Assembly (NCBI GenBank): GCA_963813335.1
Contig: CAWEYL010000007.1
Location: 15,447-79,446 of the forward strand
Origin: an uncultured Chloroflexia bacterium
Lineage (GTDB): Bacteria > Chloroflexota > Limnocylindria > Limnocylindrales > CSP1-4
Length of the DNA: 64,000 bases
Reading direction: 5' to 3'
Shown: positions 51,497 to 62,258 of the stretch, piece by piece
Layout: every line of letters starts with the position of its first letter
How positions within the stretch are numbered: the first letter of the stretch is position 1
Translations under genes and position numbers: made by a program
Notes under the pieces: model-generated
What the model was told of the DNA's origin: nothing
Databases searched by the model: none
What the model saw: the letters and a program-made list of their open reading frames with translations, nothing else

Positions 51497-52020
51497 GCGA
51501 TGGGATCCTCCTTGTTGATCCAGGTCCGCAGCCGCGGCCCGAGACCGATGTTCTGGATCGCGTCCGACGCGGTGCCGACGAGGGCGGGGACGCGGCGGAT
51601 GGTCCGCCGCACCGGCCCGGGCGTCAAGCGCCGGATCTGCGCGATGTCTCGCTGGTAGGCGACCCGGTCGATGCCGAGCTCGTCGAGCTTCTCGTTGAGG
51701 AGCTCCTCCGGCGCGCCGTCGAGGAAGAGGTCGACCGCGAGGACGACCACGACCACGTCGTCGAGCCCGCCGATGATGGGCACGTCGTCCGGGATGATGT
51801 CCCGGCCGAGGACCAGGTAGCCGGCGGCCCCGGCCAGCAGCGCCTTGCGTCCGACCGGCATGCGCTCGTCGAGGGCGAGCGCCGTGACGAGCCGGGCGTA
51901 CATCGGGAAGCGGCTGGCGAGCGGCAGGAAGGCCATCATCGACAGTGCCCGGCCGAACCCCGCCCGGCCGCGTCGGGTCTTGGTCGTCTTCGCCCTGTTG
52001 GTGGTGCCGGCTGCCGTCAT
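51493..52020 (-). CDS. DUF1232 (YkvA-like) protein
   Basis: YLVLGRDIIPDDVPIIGGLDD. Confidence 0.8.
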   Translation of the reverse strand: MTAAGTTNRAKTTKTRRGRAGFGRALSMMAFLPLASRFPMYARLVTALALDERMPVGRKALLAGAAGYLVLGRDIIPDDVPIIGGLDDVVVVVLAVDLFLDGAPEELLNEKLDELGIDRVAYQRDIAQIRRLTPGPVRRTIRRVPALVGTASDAIQNIGLGPRLRTWINKEDPIA

Positions 52021-52135
52021 GACGCTCCTGTGCCTCGTACGTGCGGTCGCACGCACGCGGGTCGGGGACGGGAGTCTACCAGTGAGATGCGCCGCCGGGC
52101 CGTCCTGCTCGCCGTGGCGGCCGGCGCCGGTCCCC

Positions 52136-52163
52136 TTGACATCGAACACCCGTTCGGTATCAT
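52136..52163 (+). promoter_or_regulatory. lexA promoter with autoregulatory LexA box
   Basis: TTGACA-tCGAACACCCGTTCGg-TATCAT. Confidence 0.88.
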
Positions 52164-52182
52164 GGACGGCAAGGAGGCGCGA

Positions 52183-52833
52183 GTGACGAAGCACGACGCC
52201 GAACGCAAGGTCAAGATCCTCGACTACATCGCGGCGACGCTGCGCGCTCGCGGCTACCCGCCGTCGGTGCGCGAGATCGCCCGCGCGGTCGGACTCGCCT
52301 CCACCTCGGCCGTCCACCACCACCTGCAGATCCTCGAGCGCGAGGGCTACCTCGAGCGCGGGGCGGCACAGTCTCGTGCGATCCGCCTGACCCCCACCGC
52401 GGCGATCCGCCTTGGGCTCAGCAGCGAGCTCGTCCCGCAGGCGACCACCGCGGAATCGCGGGTCCTGCCGATCATCGGCGAGGTCGCCGCCGGCGGGCCG
52501 ATCGAGGCCTACCAGGACGCGTCGGAGACGATGGCGGTCCCGGACATGCTCGCGCCCAGCGGCGACGCCTACGTCCTGAAGGTGCGCGGCGATTCGATGA
52601 TCGAGGACCACATCGCGGACGGCGACTTCGTCCTGATCCGGCCGCAGACCACCGCGCGCAACGGCGACATCGTGGTGGCCCAGGTCGAAGAGAACGCCGT
52701 GACCCTCAAGCGCTTCTTCAAGGAGAAGGATCGGATCCGGCTCCAGCCGGCCAATCCGGCCTATCCCGCCCAGTACTACGACGACGTGCGGGTCCAGGGC
52801 AAATTGATCGGCGTCATTCGACGCCTCGACTAG
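52183..52833 (+). CDS. lexA: SOS repressor LexA
   Basis: GYPPSVREI, VAAG cleavage site, GDSM, TLKR; AAGGAGG RBS. Confidence 0.96.
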   Translation: MTKHDAERKVKILDYIAATLRARGYPPSVREIARAVGLASTSAVHHHLQILEREGYLERGAAQSRAIRLTPTAAIRLGLSSELVPQATTAESRVLPIIGEVAAGGPIEAYQDASETMAVPDMLAPSGDAYVLKVRGDSMIEDHIADGDFVLIRPQTTARNGDIVVAQVEENAVTLKRFFKEKDRIRLQPANPAYPAQYYDDVRVQGKLIGVIRRLD

Positions 52834-52950
52834 GACCCGTCGGATCGGCCGATGCGTGCGTTGTCGGCCTCCGCGACTCGCTCACGCACCCTCAGGTGCG
52901 CTCGCTCCTCTGCTCAGCCGACGCCTTCGCCTTGACCGCCCGACAGGCCC
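52833..52950 (-). repeat. Dispersed palindromic REP-like element, copy 2
   Basis: Reverse complement contains ggagcgagcgcacctgagggtgcgtgagcga, matching copy 1 at 6785-6902. Confidence 0.7.
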
Positions 52951-53048
52951 TTCACAACGGCTCAGAGAACCCAGCGATCCTGATCCGGGCGGACCTTCGC
53001 AGAACTCGGGAGGACGGACGTCGCGGCAACGGCCCGGCGCCTCCGCGG

Positions 53049-53071
53049 ATATCCACAGGAAGTCGTCCACA
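53049..53071 (+). promoter_or_regulatory. Two DnaA-box-like 9-mers upstream of dnaB
   Basis: ATATCCACA and TCGTCCACA versus consensus TTATCCACA. Confidence 0.4.
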
Positions 53072-53192
53072 TCTCGCCAACATCGGTCCGGGAACGGGGG
53101 ATGAGCCTCGCATCCGGGGCCGCTTTCGTTGACCGGCCGAGCCATCTGCCAATGGACAATGACGCCCCCAGCCATCCGTCGGAGTCCTGCCT

Positions 53193-54543
53193 GTGATCGA
53201 CCGCCTTCCGCCGCAGAGTCTCGAGGCCGAGCAATCGGTCCTTGGTGCCATCCTCATCGACCGCGACACGGTGGTCGAGGTCGCAGAGTTCCTGCGCGCC
53301 GAGGATTTCTACCGCCAGGCGAACAGCCGCATCTACGCGGCGATCCTCGACCTCTTCGAGCGGCGCGAGCCGATCGACGTCGTCACGGTGGCGGAGGCGC
53401 TCGAGCGTCGCGATGAGCTCGAGGCGGTCGGCGGACGAGCCTACCTGTCGAGCCTCTCGAACGAGACGCCCACCGCGGTCCACGCGACGCAGTACGCCCG
53501 CATCGTCGAGCGCAAGGCGGTCCTGCGGAACCTGATCGGCGCCGCGGGTCGCATCGCCGGGATCGGCTACGAGGACCCGGCCGAGATCAGCGAGGCGGTC
53601 GATCGCGCGGAGGCGGAGCTGTTCGCGGTCAGCCAGAAGCGCATCTCGGTCGGGTTCAGCCCGCTGAAGGCGCTGCTGCACGACGCGTACGACCGGCTCG
53701 ATTACCTGCACGCCCATCGTGGCGAGATCAGCGGCGTCCGCACCGGGTTCACCGATCTGGACACCCTCACCACCGGCCTGCAGAAGAGCGACCTGGTGAT
53801 CCTCGCCGCGCGTCCCGTCGGTCGGCAAGACGAGCCTCGCGCTCAACATCGCGGAGCACGCGGCCGTCCGCGAGCGCCGCAGCGTGGGCGTGTTCAGCCT
53901 CGAGATGAGCAAGGAGCAGCTGGTGCTGCGCCTGCTCTCGAGCGTCGCCAACATCGATTCCCAGCGACTTCGCAGCGGCTTCCTCGAGGAGCTCGACTTC
54001 GCCCGCATCGCCCCGGCCATGAACGCCCTGTCCGAGGCGCCGATGTACATCGACGACACGCCCAACATCACCGCGATGGAGCTGCGCACGAAGGCGCGCC
54101 GCCTCCAGGCGGAGGCCGGGCTCGATCTCGTCATCGTCGACTACCTGCAGCTCATGCAGGCCACCACCACGAACCGGGACGCCAACCGCGTCCAGGAGGT
54201 CTCGGAGATCTCGCGCGGCCTCAAGGCGCTGGCCCGCGAACTGGACGTGCCGGTCATCGCGCTCTCGCAGCTCTCACGCCAGCCCGAGATGCGGGAGTCG
54301 AAGGAGCCGCGGCTGTCGGACCTGCGCGAGTCGGGCGCCATCGAGCAGGACGCCGACCTCGTGATGTTCCTCTGGCGCGAGAAGGACAAGCCCGGCGACG
54401 AGCAGGATGCGGACGGCGAGGTCATCAACCTCAAGCTGGCCAAGCATCGCAACGGCCCCACGGGCGACGTGCAGCTCTACTTCAAGAAGAAGCAGACCCG
54501 CTTCGTGAGCTACGCGGGCGAACGGTTCGTCGAGGCGAGCTGA
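53193..54543 (+). CDS. dnaB: Replicative DNA helicase (+1 frameshift ~53816)
   Basis: [50 protein letters not shown]. Confidence 0.96.
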
Positions 54544-54584
54544 CGGTCGTCCCGGGCCGACGGCTCGCGGCCGCGGCGGGTCGG

Positions 54585-54791
54585 TCAGGCGCCCTCGTAC
54601 TCGAAGCCGATCTTGACCTCGACGCGGTATTCGACGATCACGCCGTCCTCGACCACCGCGCTCGACTTCACGACCTCGACGGTCTGGATGTTGCGGACGG
54701 TCTTCGATGCGGTCTCGACGGCCTGGCGGGCCGCGTCACTCCACGATCGCGGGCTCGTCCCGACCATCTCCCGGATGATGATGACGCCCAC
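54585..54791 (-). CDS. Dodecin family protein
   Basis: EMVGTSPRSWSDAA..A.KTVRNI..EYRVEVKIGF; AGGAGG RBS. Confidence 0.88.
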   Translation of the reverse strand: MGVIIIREMVGTSPRSWSDAARQAVETASKTVRNIQTVEVVKSSAVVEDGVIVEYRVEVKIGFEYEGA

Positions 54792-54925
54792 GCTCGCACC
54801 TCCTGGCGCGGCGGACACCGGACGTCATGCCGGTCGTCGCCGCGGCGCTCCCATGATGCCATGAGGCCGATCCGTCGCCGGACCGGCCTCGTCGATCGCT
54901 GGGTTGGGAGCGGCGCTTGGGCGAG

Positions 54926-55234
54926 TCAGACGCTCGCCGGTGTGGCCGAGATCGTCCCGGCGCGAACCTTGTCGAAGCAGGAGCTGCAGTAGACCGGGCG
55001 GTCGTTCCGTGGCGCGAACGGCACGACGGCCTGCCCTCCGCAGGCCCCGCAGATCGCGGCGTGGAACTCCCGTGGGCCCTCGTTCGACCGGGCCCGCTTC
55101 GCTGCGGCCCGGCAGGATGGGCAGCGCTGCGGGTCGTTGGTCAGCCCCTTGCTGGCGTAGAAGGCCTGTTCGCCGGCCGAGAACGAGAATTCCTCGGCGC
55201 AGTCGCGACAGGTCAGCGAACGGTCCTCGAACAC
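54926..55234 (-). CDS. Zinc-ribbon protein with CxxC-x17-CxxC domain
   Basis: FEDRSLTCRDC..F.FSAGEQAFY..PQRCPSCR; C.ACG..VPF.P..RPVYCSSCF. Confidence 0.9.
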   Translation of the reverse strand: MFEDRSLTCRDCAEEFSFSAGEQAFYASKGLTNDPQRCPSCRAAAKRARSNEGPREFHAAICGACGGQAVVPFAPRNDRPVYCSSCFDKVRAGTISATPASV

Positions 55235-55461
55235 CCTCTCCAGACCCTCCTTGGGCAACAACACGCCACCCCACCGGGAGTCGCGGATGCCCGAAGGTCT
55301 CGGGACGGCGCAGGGCACGCTACAGGAGGGCGCGCGCCCGGTCGGCCCGGGCACTGGGGGCCCGGAACTCTTAGGCGTGAAGATACGCGCAGCGTCAAGC
55401 CCTTTTCCACGCTCAGCCCCCGTTCAGGGAACCCATCGCGCCGAGGCGGCGTCGGGGAGCC

Positions 55462-56374
55462 ATGCCAGCACTGACCCGCCACGCCTTCCTGCCGGCCATC
55501 GCCCTCGTGGTCGTCGCCTGCAGCTCCAGCGGCGCTTCCCCATCCGTCGCTCCGTCCGCCAGCCCTGTCCCGAGCGCCCCGGCCGCCTCCCCCAGCCCGT
55601 CGGCGGCGTCCGTCGGCGCCATCGATCACGCCACCGAGCCGACCGACGTCCTGCTCCGCTACGACGTCGGCGGCGGGCTGATGATGCCGGGCTTCTCGGC
55701 CACGCAGACCCCCATCTTCACCCTGTACGGCGACGGCACGGTCGTCTTCCGCAACCAGACGGCGGAGCCGCCGCCGGCGATCGGATCGGTCATGCCGATG
55801 AGCCCGCTGCGGACCGCCAAGCTCAGCGAGGACCAGATCCAGGCCGTCCTCGAGGAGGCGCTCGGCCAGGGCGGCCTCGGGATCGCCCGCGAGAGCTACG
55901 AGAACCCGATGGTCGCCGATGCCGGCACGACCACCTTCGACGTCCATGCCGGCGGCGTCGACAAGACGGTGTCGGTCGTGGCGCTCGGGATGGACACACC
56001 CGGCGTGCCGGACGCGATCGCGCGGGCCGCCTTCCAGCACCTGGCCGAGCATCTCGCCGACTTCGATGCCGGCGGCACGGTCACGACCGATGTCTACGTG
56101 CCAGCCGACTACCGGGCGATCCTGATGGACGGCACCGGCCAGGTCGGCGCCGTGCCATGGCCCTGGACGTCCATCAAGCCCGCCGACTTCGCATTCCCGG
56201 CGGACCCGAACGCCTTCCAGCTCGGCGACCAAGGCGATCAGCGCCGCGGATGTCGACGCGCTCGGCCTCGGCCCGGTCCAGGGCGGCTTCCAGGGCATGG
56301 TGCTCAACGGCCCGGCGGACGGCAAGGTCTACGCGCTGTCGCTGCGTCCGCTGCTCCCCGACGAGACCGCCTGA
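55462..56374 (+). CDS. Putative lipoprotein (+1 frameshift ~56225)
   Basis: VVVAC lipobox, PIFTLYGDGTV, DAGTTTF; shifted end LRPLLPDETA. Confidence 0.72.
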
Positions 56375-56451
56375 CCCTCGCGCCTCGCAGCTGAATGGGC
56401 GGGTGAGGGTCCGTCGTCACCATCCCTCCATGCCCGGTCCGGATCTGCCCG

Positions 56452-56481
56452 TTGACACCCAGCGCGAGCGCTCCGTATCGT
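56452..56481 (+). promoter_or_regulatory. Sigma70-type promoter of STAND regulator
   Basis: TTGACA-N18-TATCGT. Confidence 0.55.
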
Positions 56482-56600
56482 TCGCCCGGCCCACGATGGC
56501 CGGCCTTCGGCTGGGTCCCGGCGAGCGCTCGCCGATCCCGGTCGGACCAGGACGGACATCCACCATCGCCTCGCAAGTCAGCGGAGCCCACCGCGACGAC

Positions 56601-59600
56601 GTGAGCGGCTTCCCGATCCAGTACGCGAAGGTCCAGCCTCCGCCGTTGCGCGAGGAGACCTTGGCGCGCCATCGACTGCTCGACTGGCTCGCGGCGAAGA
56701 TCAACCAGCGGGTGGTGCTGCTGCTCGCCGATGCTGGCTACGGCAAGACCACGCTCCTCGCCGACTTCTCGGGCCGGACTCGACTCCGGACCATGTGGTA
56801 CCGCCTCGATGACGACGACCGTGACTGGATCTCGGTGCTCAACCACCTGGTCGCCGCGGGTCGCGAGGTCGACCCATCGTTCGCGCCGAATACCGCGGCG
56901 ATGCTCGCCGACCCGAGCCTTGGCGGGCCGACACGGGACACGGTCGTCGATGTCTTCATCCGCGAGCTGCGCACGATCGCGCCGTACGGGGCGGTGCTGA
57001 TCTTCGATGACTTCCATCTCGTCGACGACGCGCCGGACGTCCAGTTCATCGCCCGCGAACTCGTGGCCAGGGCGCCAGAGCGACTGACGATCGTCTTCGC
57101 CAGCCGTCGGGCGCCGACGATCCCCATCGCCCGGCTCCGGGCGACCGGCGAGGTCGCCGAGCTGACCACCGACGATCTGCGGTTCGATCCGGACGAGACG
57201 GATCGACTCTTCCGGGAAGCCTATGGCCGCGACCTGGAGCCGGATGTCCTCGCCGACGTGGCGGCTCGGACCGAAGGCTGGGCGGCATCGTTGCAGCTCG
57301 TGAACGCGGCGCTTCGCGATCGGTCGCCAAGCGAGATCCGGGCCTTCGTGCGCGGGCTCTCCGGCGCGGACCACGACCTGTACGACTACCTTGCGGAGGA
57401 GGTCGTCGGAGACCTGGCCGAGGACCTCCAGTCGTTCCTGATGCGGACCTCGATCCTCCAGATCGTGACGCCCGACCTCGCCGAGGTGGTCAGCGGACTC
57501 GAAACCTCCGAGACCGCCCGCCTGACGGCGGCCGCCGAGCGGATCACCCTGCTCTCACGTCGCTCGAAGGGCCAGCGAAGGGAGCTGCGCTACCACCCGC
57601 TGGTGCGCGAATTCCTCGAAGCGCGACTGACGCGCGATGTCGGGCTCGAGGCGGTCAGGGCGCTCCACCGGACCGTCGCCGTCTACGCCGAAGGCCTGGA
57701 CTGGCGGATCGCGGCCCATCACCACTGGGCGGCAGGCGACCGGCACCGCGCCCTCGAGATCATCGACGATGCGGCCCAGAGCATCATCGGCCGCGGCGAC
57801 TATCTCGTCGCCGCCCAGTTCGTCGACCAGGCGCCCGAGGAGGACCTCCGGGCGAGCTTCCACGTCGTGCTGTCGCGTCGTGACTTCAAGCTCGGCGACA
57901 TCCGAGGGGCCCTTGCCCGAGCGAAGCGCGCCGTCGAAACCGACCCGACCTCCGACATCGCCCTCGCCAATCTCGCGTCGCTGATGCTGACGCTCGGAGA
58001 AGCGCATGCCGCCGTGGATGCGGCGCACAAGCTGCTGGTGGTTACGAAGGACCCGGTATGGCTCGGCATCGCCGAAGGGACCCTTGCTGCCGTAGCAGAT
58101 TCGGTCGACGGCAACGTCGGCGAGTCGGTAGTCCGACTTCGCGAGTTGGCTGAGCAGCAGCGAGAGCGTGGGCAGACCCATTTCGAAGGAATCACCTACC
58201 TGAACCTCGCGGAGACCCTCCGAACTCGTGGGCTGGCGATCGAGGCACTCGAAGCGGCCAACAGGTCAATGGAGCTCCTGCAGGGTGGTTCAGGTGCGAC
58301 AGAAGTCGCTACAAGTCGGGCAATCGCCGCTTGGGCATACCTCCACCTGGGCCAGGTCGAGAAAGGTTGGGCGGAACTAGACCTGGCGTTGCGCGAGCCT
58401 CACAAAGCTATTCACGCGGATGCCCTCAAGGAAGCCGCCCAGATGGAGGCGCGATATGGAAGTTCTGACCGCGCGACGGAACATCTGGAGGATCTTCAGG
58501 CCCTCGGGGAAGAGGCCGACTGGGCGAGAATCGCATCGACTCCGACCGCCGCATATCTCGCGATCAGGCGCGGCGATACTCGACTTGCGAAGGAACTCAT
58601 CGAAGTTATCGATCCAGATACCCCGACCGAGGTCTCTGGCCAAAAGGCGCACGTTTTGGCCGTTCGCGCCCATGTGCATGTGGTCGGCGGAACCTCAGAT
58701 GCATCCTTACACGTCGAGTCGGCCCTTCGACATTCACTGGCGACGTCAGCCGGCCTCTGGCACGAGTACGGCCTTGCCCTCCGCGCCATCTGTGCTGGAG
58801 ATCAAGGTCTGAGGCAATACGTGAGGTCGACCGTCCACCGAGGATCGTGGGCGCTGACGTACGTTGCTGAACTGGTCGCTCGACGCTTGGACCTTCTCAG
58901 CGACGACGAGCGCGCCATCGTCCTGCAGGAGGCGCTGGTTCGTCCGGAGCGGTGGAGACCCGCGCTTCGGGTAGTCGTCGACGACGGCGAGAAGTCAGCG
59001 GTTCCGGCGGCCCGATTTCTGGAGCTGGTTGGCGACTCCGAAGACATCGGCCGGCTGAGGCGAATCGCGCATCGTCACAAGGGGAAGCCAGAAGCGGAAC
59101 TCGGTCGCGCGCTATCTAGGCGAGTCGCGGCCCCCGTATACGTCGAGGATCAAGGACGGGTGGCGATCCACGTGGGGGACCGCGTGGTGGATGGGTCCAA
59201 CGTACGTCGCAAGGTGTTGGCGCTCCTCTGCTTCCTGCTCACGAGACCTGGATACGCAGCGACGCGCGACGAGGTCATGGAGGCCCTATGGCCAGAGTTC
59301 GATCCGGCTGACGCCCTCAACTCCCTCAATCAGACCGTCTACTTCTTGCGTCGTGTCTTCGAGCCCGCGTACAAGGACGACCTGTCTCCTGGCTACGTCC
59401 ACCACGAGTCAGACGTGATATGGCTCGACACCGAACTCATCAACTCGCGGAGCCGCGCGTGTCTCGAGCACATGCAAGCCATGGGGCCGAACCCGACGCC
59501 AGACGAGGTACTCAGTCTGTCGCGGGCGTACCGAGGTTCGTTCGCGCTCGACTTCGCGTACGAGGAGTGGGCGAGCGATTATCGAGTCTCGCTCCACTCG

Positions 59601-59846
59601 CGATACCTTCAGATCGTCGAGGGCGCGGTTGCGGGCGACATGGCAAGCGGTCATTTTGAGCGCGGGATCTTGATTGCGCGGCGAGCCCTGGATCTCTCAC
59701 CTGAAGCCGATCAAATTGAGCTGTCTCTTCTTCGTCTCTACCGCCTCACGGGCTCCCACGCGGCCGCCGCGGAACAGTACGCGCACTACTCAGCAGTCAT
59801 GCGTGACCATCTCGGTCTCGAGCCGCCGGCGCTTGAATCCCTGTAG
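56601..59846 (+). CDS. MalT-like STAND ATPase-TPR regulator with C-terminal wHTH-BTAD domain
   Basis: ADAGYGKTT Walker A, LIFDDFH, RTEGWAA, YDYLAEEV, RYHPL; C-terminal RDEVMEALWPE..YRGSF..YEEWA..LLRLY. Confidence 0.88.
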   Translation: MSGFPIQYAKVQPPPLREETLARHRLLDWLAAKINQRVVLLLADAGYGKTTLLADFSGRTRLRTMWYRLDDDDRDWISVLNHLVAAGREVDPSFAPNTAAMLADPSLGGPTRDTVVDVFIRELRTIAPYGAVLIFDDFHLVDDAPDVQFIARELVARAPERLTIVFASRRAPTIPIARLRATGEVAELTTDDLRFDPDETDRLFREAYGRDLEPDVLADVAARTEGWAASLQLVNAALRDRSPSEIRAFVRGLSGADHDLYDYLAEEVVGDLAEDLQSFLMRTSILQIVTPDLAEVVSGLETSETARLTAAAERITLLSRRSKGQRRELRYHPLVREFLEARLTRDVGLEAVRALHRTVAVYAEGLDWRIAAHHHWAAGDRHRALEIIDDAAQSIIGRGDYLVAAQFVDQAPEEDLRASFHVVLSRRDFKLGDIRGALARAKRAVETDPTSDIALANLASLMLTLGEAHAAVDAAHKLLVVTKDPVWLGIAEGTLAAVADSVDGNVGESVVRLRELAEQQRERGQTHFEGITYLNLAETLRTRGLAIEALEAANRSMELLQGGSGATEVATSRAIAAWAYLHLGQVEKGWAELDLALREPHKAIHADALKEAAQMEARYGSSDRATEHLEDLQALGEEADWARIASTPTAAYLAIRRGDTRLAKELIEVIDPDTPTEVSGQKAHVLAVRAHVHVVGGTSDASLHVESALRHSLATSAGLWHEYGLALRAICAGDQGLRQYVRSTVHRGSWALTYVAELVARRLDLLSDDERAIVLQEALVRPERWRPALRVVVDDGEKSAVPAARFLELVGDSEDIGRLRRIAHRHKGKPEAELGRALSRRVAAPVYVEDQGRVAIHVGDRVVDGSNVRRKVLALLCFLLTRPGYAATRDEVMEALWPEFDPADALNSLNQTVYFLRRVFEPAYKDDLSPGYVHHESDVIWLDTELINSRSRACLEHMQAMGPNPTPDEVLSLSRAYRGSFALDFAYEEWASDYRVSLHSRYLQIVEGAVAGDMASGHFERGILIARRALDLSPEADQIELSLLRLYRLTGSHAAAAEQYAHYSAVMRDHLGLEPPALESL

Positions 59847-59870
59847 GGATAGGTAAGGTGCCGTATTGAC

Positions 59871-62258
59871 ATGGTGGTGCAGGACAACAACCTCGCGGCG
59901 CAGATGAGCGCGCTGCGCAAGGTGCTCGGCGGCGACGTCATCGCGACGATCCCGGGCCGCGGCTACCGTTTCGTCGCGCGCATCGAGAGCGCCGACGGTG
60001 CGGCGGCGCCTGCCTCGCCCGGCTACCGCGCCGGCGTCGCCGCCGCGCGCCGCTGCGCACGCAACCTGCCGCTCGAGCTGATACCGCTGCTGGGCCGCGG
60101 CGACGAGCTGGCGCAGCTGCGCGCGCTGGTCGATGCGCACCGGCTGGTGACGATCGCCGGCGCCGGCGGCATCGGCAAGTCGCTGCTGGCCCAGCACCTG
60201 TTGCAGGAGCGGCGCAGCGCCTACCCGCAAGGCGTCTGCTGGGTCGAGCTCGCACCGGTGACGACCGCCGCCGCGGTGCCGGCCGCGATCGCTTCGGCGC
60301 TCGGCATCGATATCGCATCCGGCGAGCCGCTCGCCGCACTCGCCGCCGCGGCCGCGCCGCTGCAGCTGCTGCTCGCGCTCGACAACGCCGAGCACCTGCT
60401 CGACGCCGTGGCCGATGTCTGCGCGGTGCTGCACGCCGCCGCACCGGGCCTGCGCCTGCTGCTGACGAGCCAGGCTCCGCTGCAGCTCGGCGCCGAGCGC
60501 GTCCTGCGCATCGCCCCGCTGGCGGTGCCCGAGGCCACGCTGCCGGCGCGCGACGCGCTGCAGTTCGGCGCCGTCGCGCTGTTCGTCGACCGCGCCGGCG
60601 CCGTCGATGGCCGCTTCGCGCTCACCGACGAGAACGCGCCGGCGGTCATCGAGCTGTGCCGTGCGCTCGACGGCCTGCCGCTGGCCATCGAGCTGGCTGC
60701 CGCGCGCGCCCAGACGCTCGGTCTGCGCACGCTGCGCTCATCGCTCGGCGACCGGCTGCAATTGCTGCGCGCCCGCCATCGGCGCGACGCACCGCAGCGC
60801 CAGCAGACCCTGCGCGCCGCGCTGCAGTGGAGCTACGACTTGCTGCCGCCGCGCGAGCAACAGGTGTTCCGCGGTCTCGGCGTGCTGCCCGGCAGCGCGC
60901 CGCTGGCCTTCATCCAGCGGGTGCTGCTCGATCCGGCCGATGGCGGCGGGCTCGACGAATGGGCCGTGCTCGACGCGCTCGACACCCTGGTCGACCGCTC
61001 GCTGGTGGCGGTGCTGGCCGCCGACGCCGACGCGTCGACGCGTTACCGCCTGCTCGAGTCGCCGCGCGCGTTCGCGCTCGAGCGCCTCGCGCAAGCCGGC
61101 GAACGCCAGGCGCTGCAGCGCCGTCACGCCGCGGCCACCGCGCTGGCGTGCGACGCCTTGTACAAGAGCCACTTCAGCGGCCGCATCGGCGTCGACGACT
61201 GGCAGCTGCGGCTGGCGGGCGACCTCGACCACGCGCGCGACGCGCTGGCCTGGGCGCGAGCCGCGAGCGACACGGCGATCGAGCTGGGCGTCGGCGCCAC
61301 GCTGCTGCGCGCGTTGCCGCCGTCGCAGCACGCCGAACGCATGGCCCTGGCCGACGCGCTGGCCCGGCGCGCGGGCGCCGATGCGCCGCCGGTGCTGCAG
61401 CAGCGCGCCTGGATCGAGATCAGCTGCGCCTGGGCCGACACCCGCAAGACGGCAAGCCGCGACGCCGCGCAACGTGCGCTGGCGCTGGCGCGCACCCTCG
61501 ACGAGGCGGACGGCGACCGCTTCACGCTGTACTTCGCGTTGTGCCGCACGGTCAGCGCGGCGGTGCAGGCAGGCGAGCCCGATGCGGCGACCGCGCCGCT
61601 GGCCGAGCTGCAGGCGCTGGAGGATCCGGCGTGGCCGGCGCAGCGCCTGCTCTGGGGCGCCGACGCCGCGCAACTGGTGGCACGGTTTCGCGGCGACACG
61701 GCCGAGGCCCTGCGCCGCAGCCGCCGCCTGGTGGCGCTCGACCTCGAACGCGGCAGCGACGGCTCGATCGCGCTGGGCAACCTGATCGACCACGAGCTCG
61801 CCGCGGGCGATGCCGCCGCAGCGGCACGCACCGGCGCCCGCCTGGTGGCGCTGCTCGAAGGCTCGCGCCACGAATTCAGCCTGGCCTTGGCGCGCATCAA
61901 CCTGTGCGCCGCGCTGCTGGCGCTGGACGACGGCGCGCAGGCACAGGCGGTGGCGCAGGCCTGCTGGCCGCAGGCCCGTGCGTTCGACATGCCGCATGTC
62001 GCGGCGGTCTATCTGGGGCTGCTGGCCGCGCTGCAGTCGCGCCCGCAGGCAGCTGCTCGATTGCTCGGCTATGCCGACGCCAGCTACGCCGCACGCCGGG
62101 AGCAGCACGAGGGCAACGAAGCCCAGGCGCTCGCCCGTGCGCGCGCGCTGGCGACCGCTGCGCTCGGCGAAGCGGCGTTCGGGGCTGCGCATGCCGACGG
62201 CGCCGCGCTGCGCGACATCGACATCGCCGAGCTCGCGTTCAGCTGCGATGACTGTTGA
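59871..62258 (+). CDS. wHTH + NB-ARC/AAA transcriptional regulator, N-terminally truncated
   Basis: Starts mid-wHTH (VVQDNNLAAQMSALRKVLG..TIPGRGYRF), GAGGIGKS, LDNAEHL, LDGLPLAIELAAAR, WSYDLL. Confidence 0.85.
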   Translation: MVVQDNNLAAQMSALRKVLGGDVIATIPGRGYRFVARIESADGAAAPASPGYRAGVAAARRCARNLPLELIPLLGRGDELAQLRALVDAHRLVTIAGAGGIGKSLLAQHLLQERRSAYPQGVCWVELAPVTTAAAVPAAIASALGIDIASGEPLAALAAAAAPLQLLLALDNAEHLLDAVADVCAVLHAAAPGLRLLLTSQAPLQLGAERVLRIAPLAVPEATLPARDALQFGAVALFVDRAGAVDGRFALTDENAPAVIELCRALDGLPLAIELAAARAQTLGLRTLRSSLGDRLQLLRARHRRDAPQRQQTLRAALQWSYDLLPPREQQVFRGLGVLPGSAPLAFIQRVLLDPADGGGLDEWAVLDALDTLVDRSLVAVLAADADASTRYRLLESPRAFALERLAQAGERQALQRRHAAATALACDALYKSHFSGRIGVDDWQLRLAGDLDHARDALAWARAASDTAIELGVGATLLRALPPSQHAERMALADALARRAGADAPPVLQQRAWIEISCAWADTRKTASRDAAQRALALARTLDEADGDRFTLYFALCRTVSAAVQAGEPDAATAPLAELQALEDPAWPAQRLLWGADAAQLVARFRGDTAEALRRSRRLVALDLERGSDGSIALGNLIDHELAAGDAAAAARTGARLVALLEGSRHEFSLALARINLCAALLALDDGAQAQAVAQACWPQARAFDMPHVAAVYLGLLAALQSRPQAAARLLGYADASYAARREQHEGNEAQALARARALATAALGEAAFGAAHADGAALRDIDIAELAFSCDDC

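Noticed and set aside
53193-54543. Split dnaB as intein, intron or programmed frameshift
   Set aside because: Joined length is a normal ~449 aa, there is no inserted sequence or slippery site, and identical +1 defects occur throughout the window
55251-56600. 1531-aa giant ORF
   Set aside because: The first 450 codons overlap the lipoprotein gene in another frame; the real protein starts near 56601 after its own promoter
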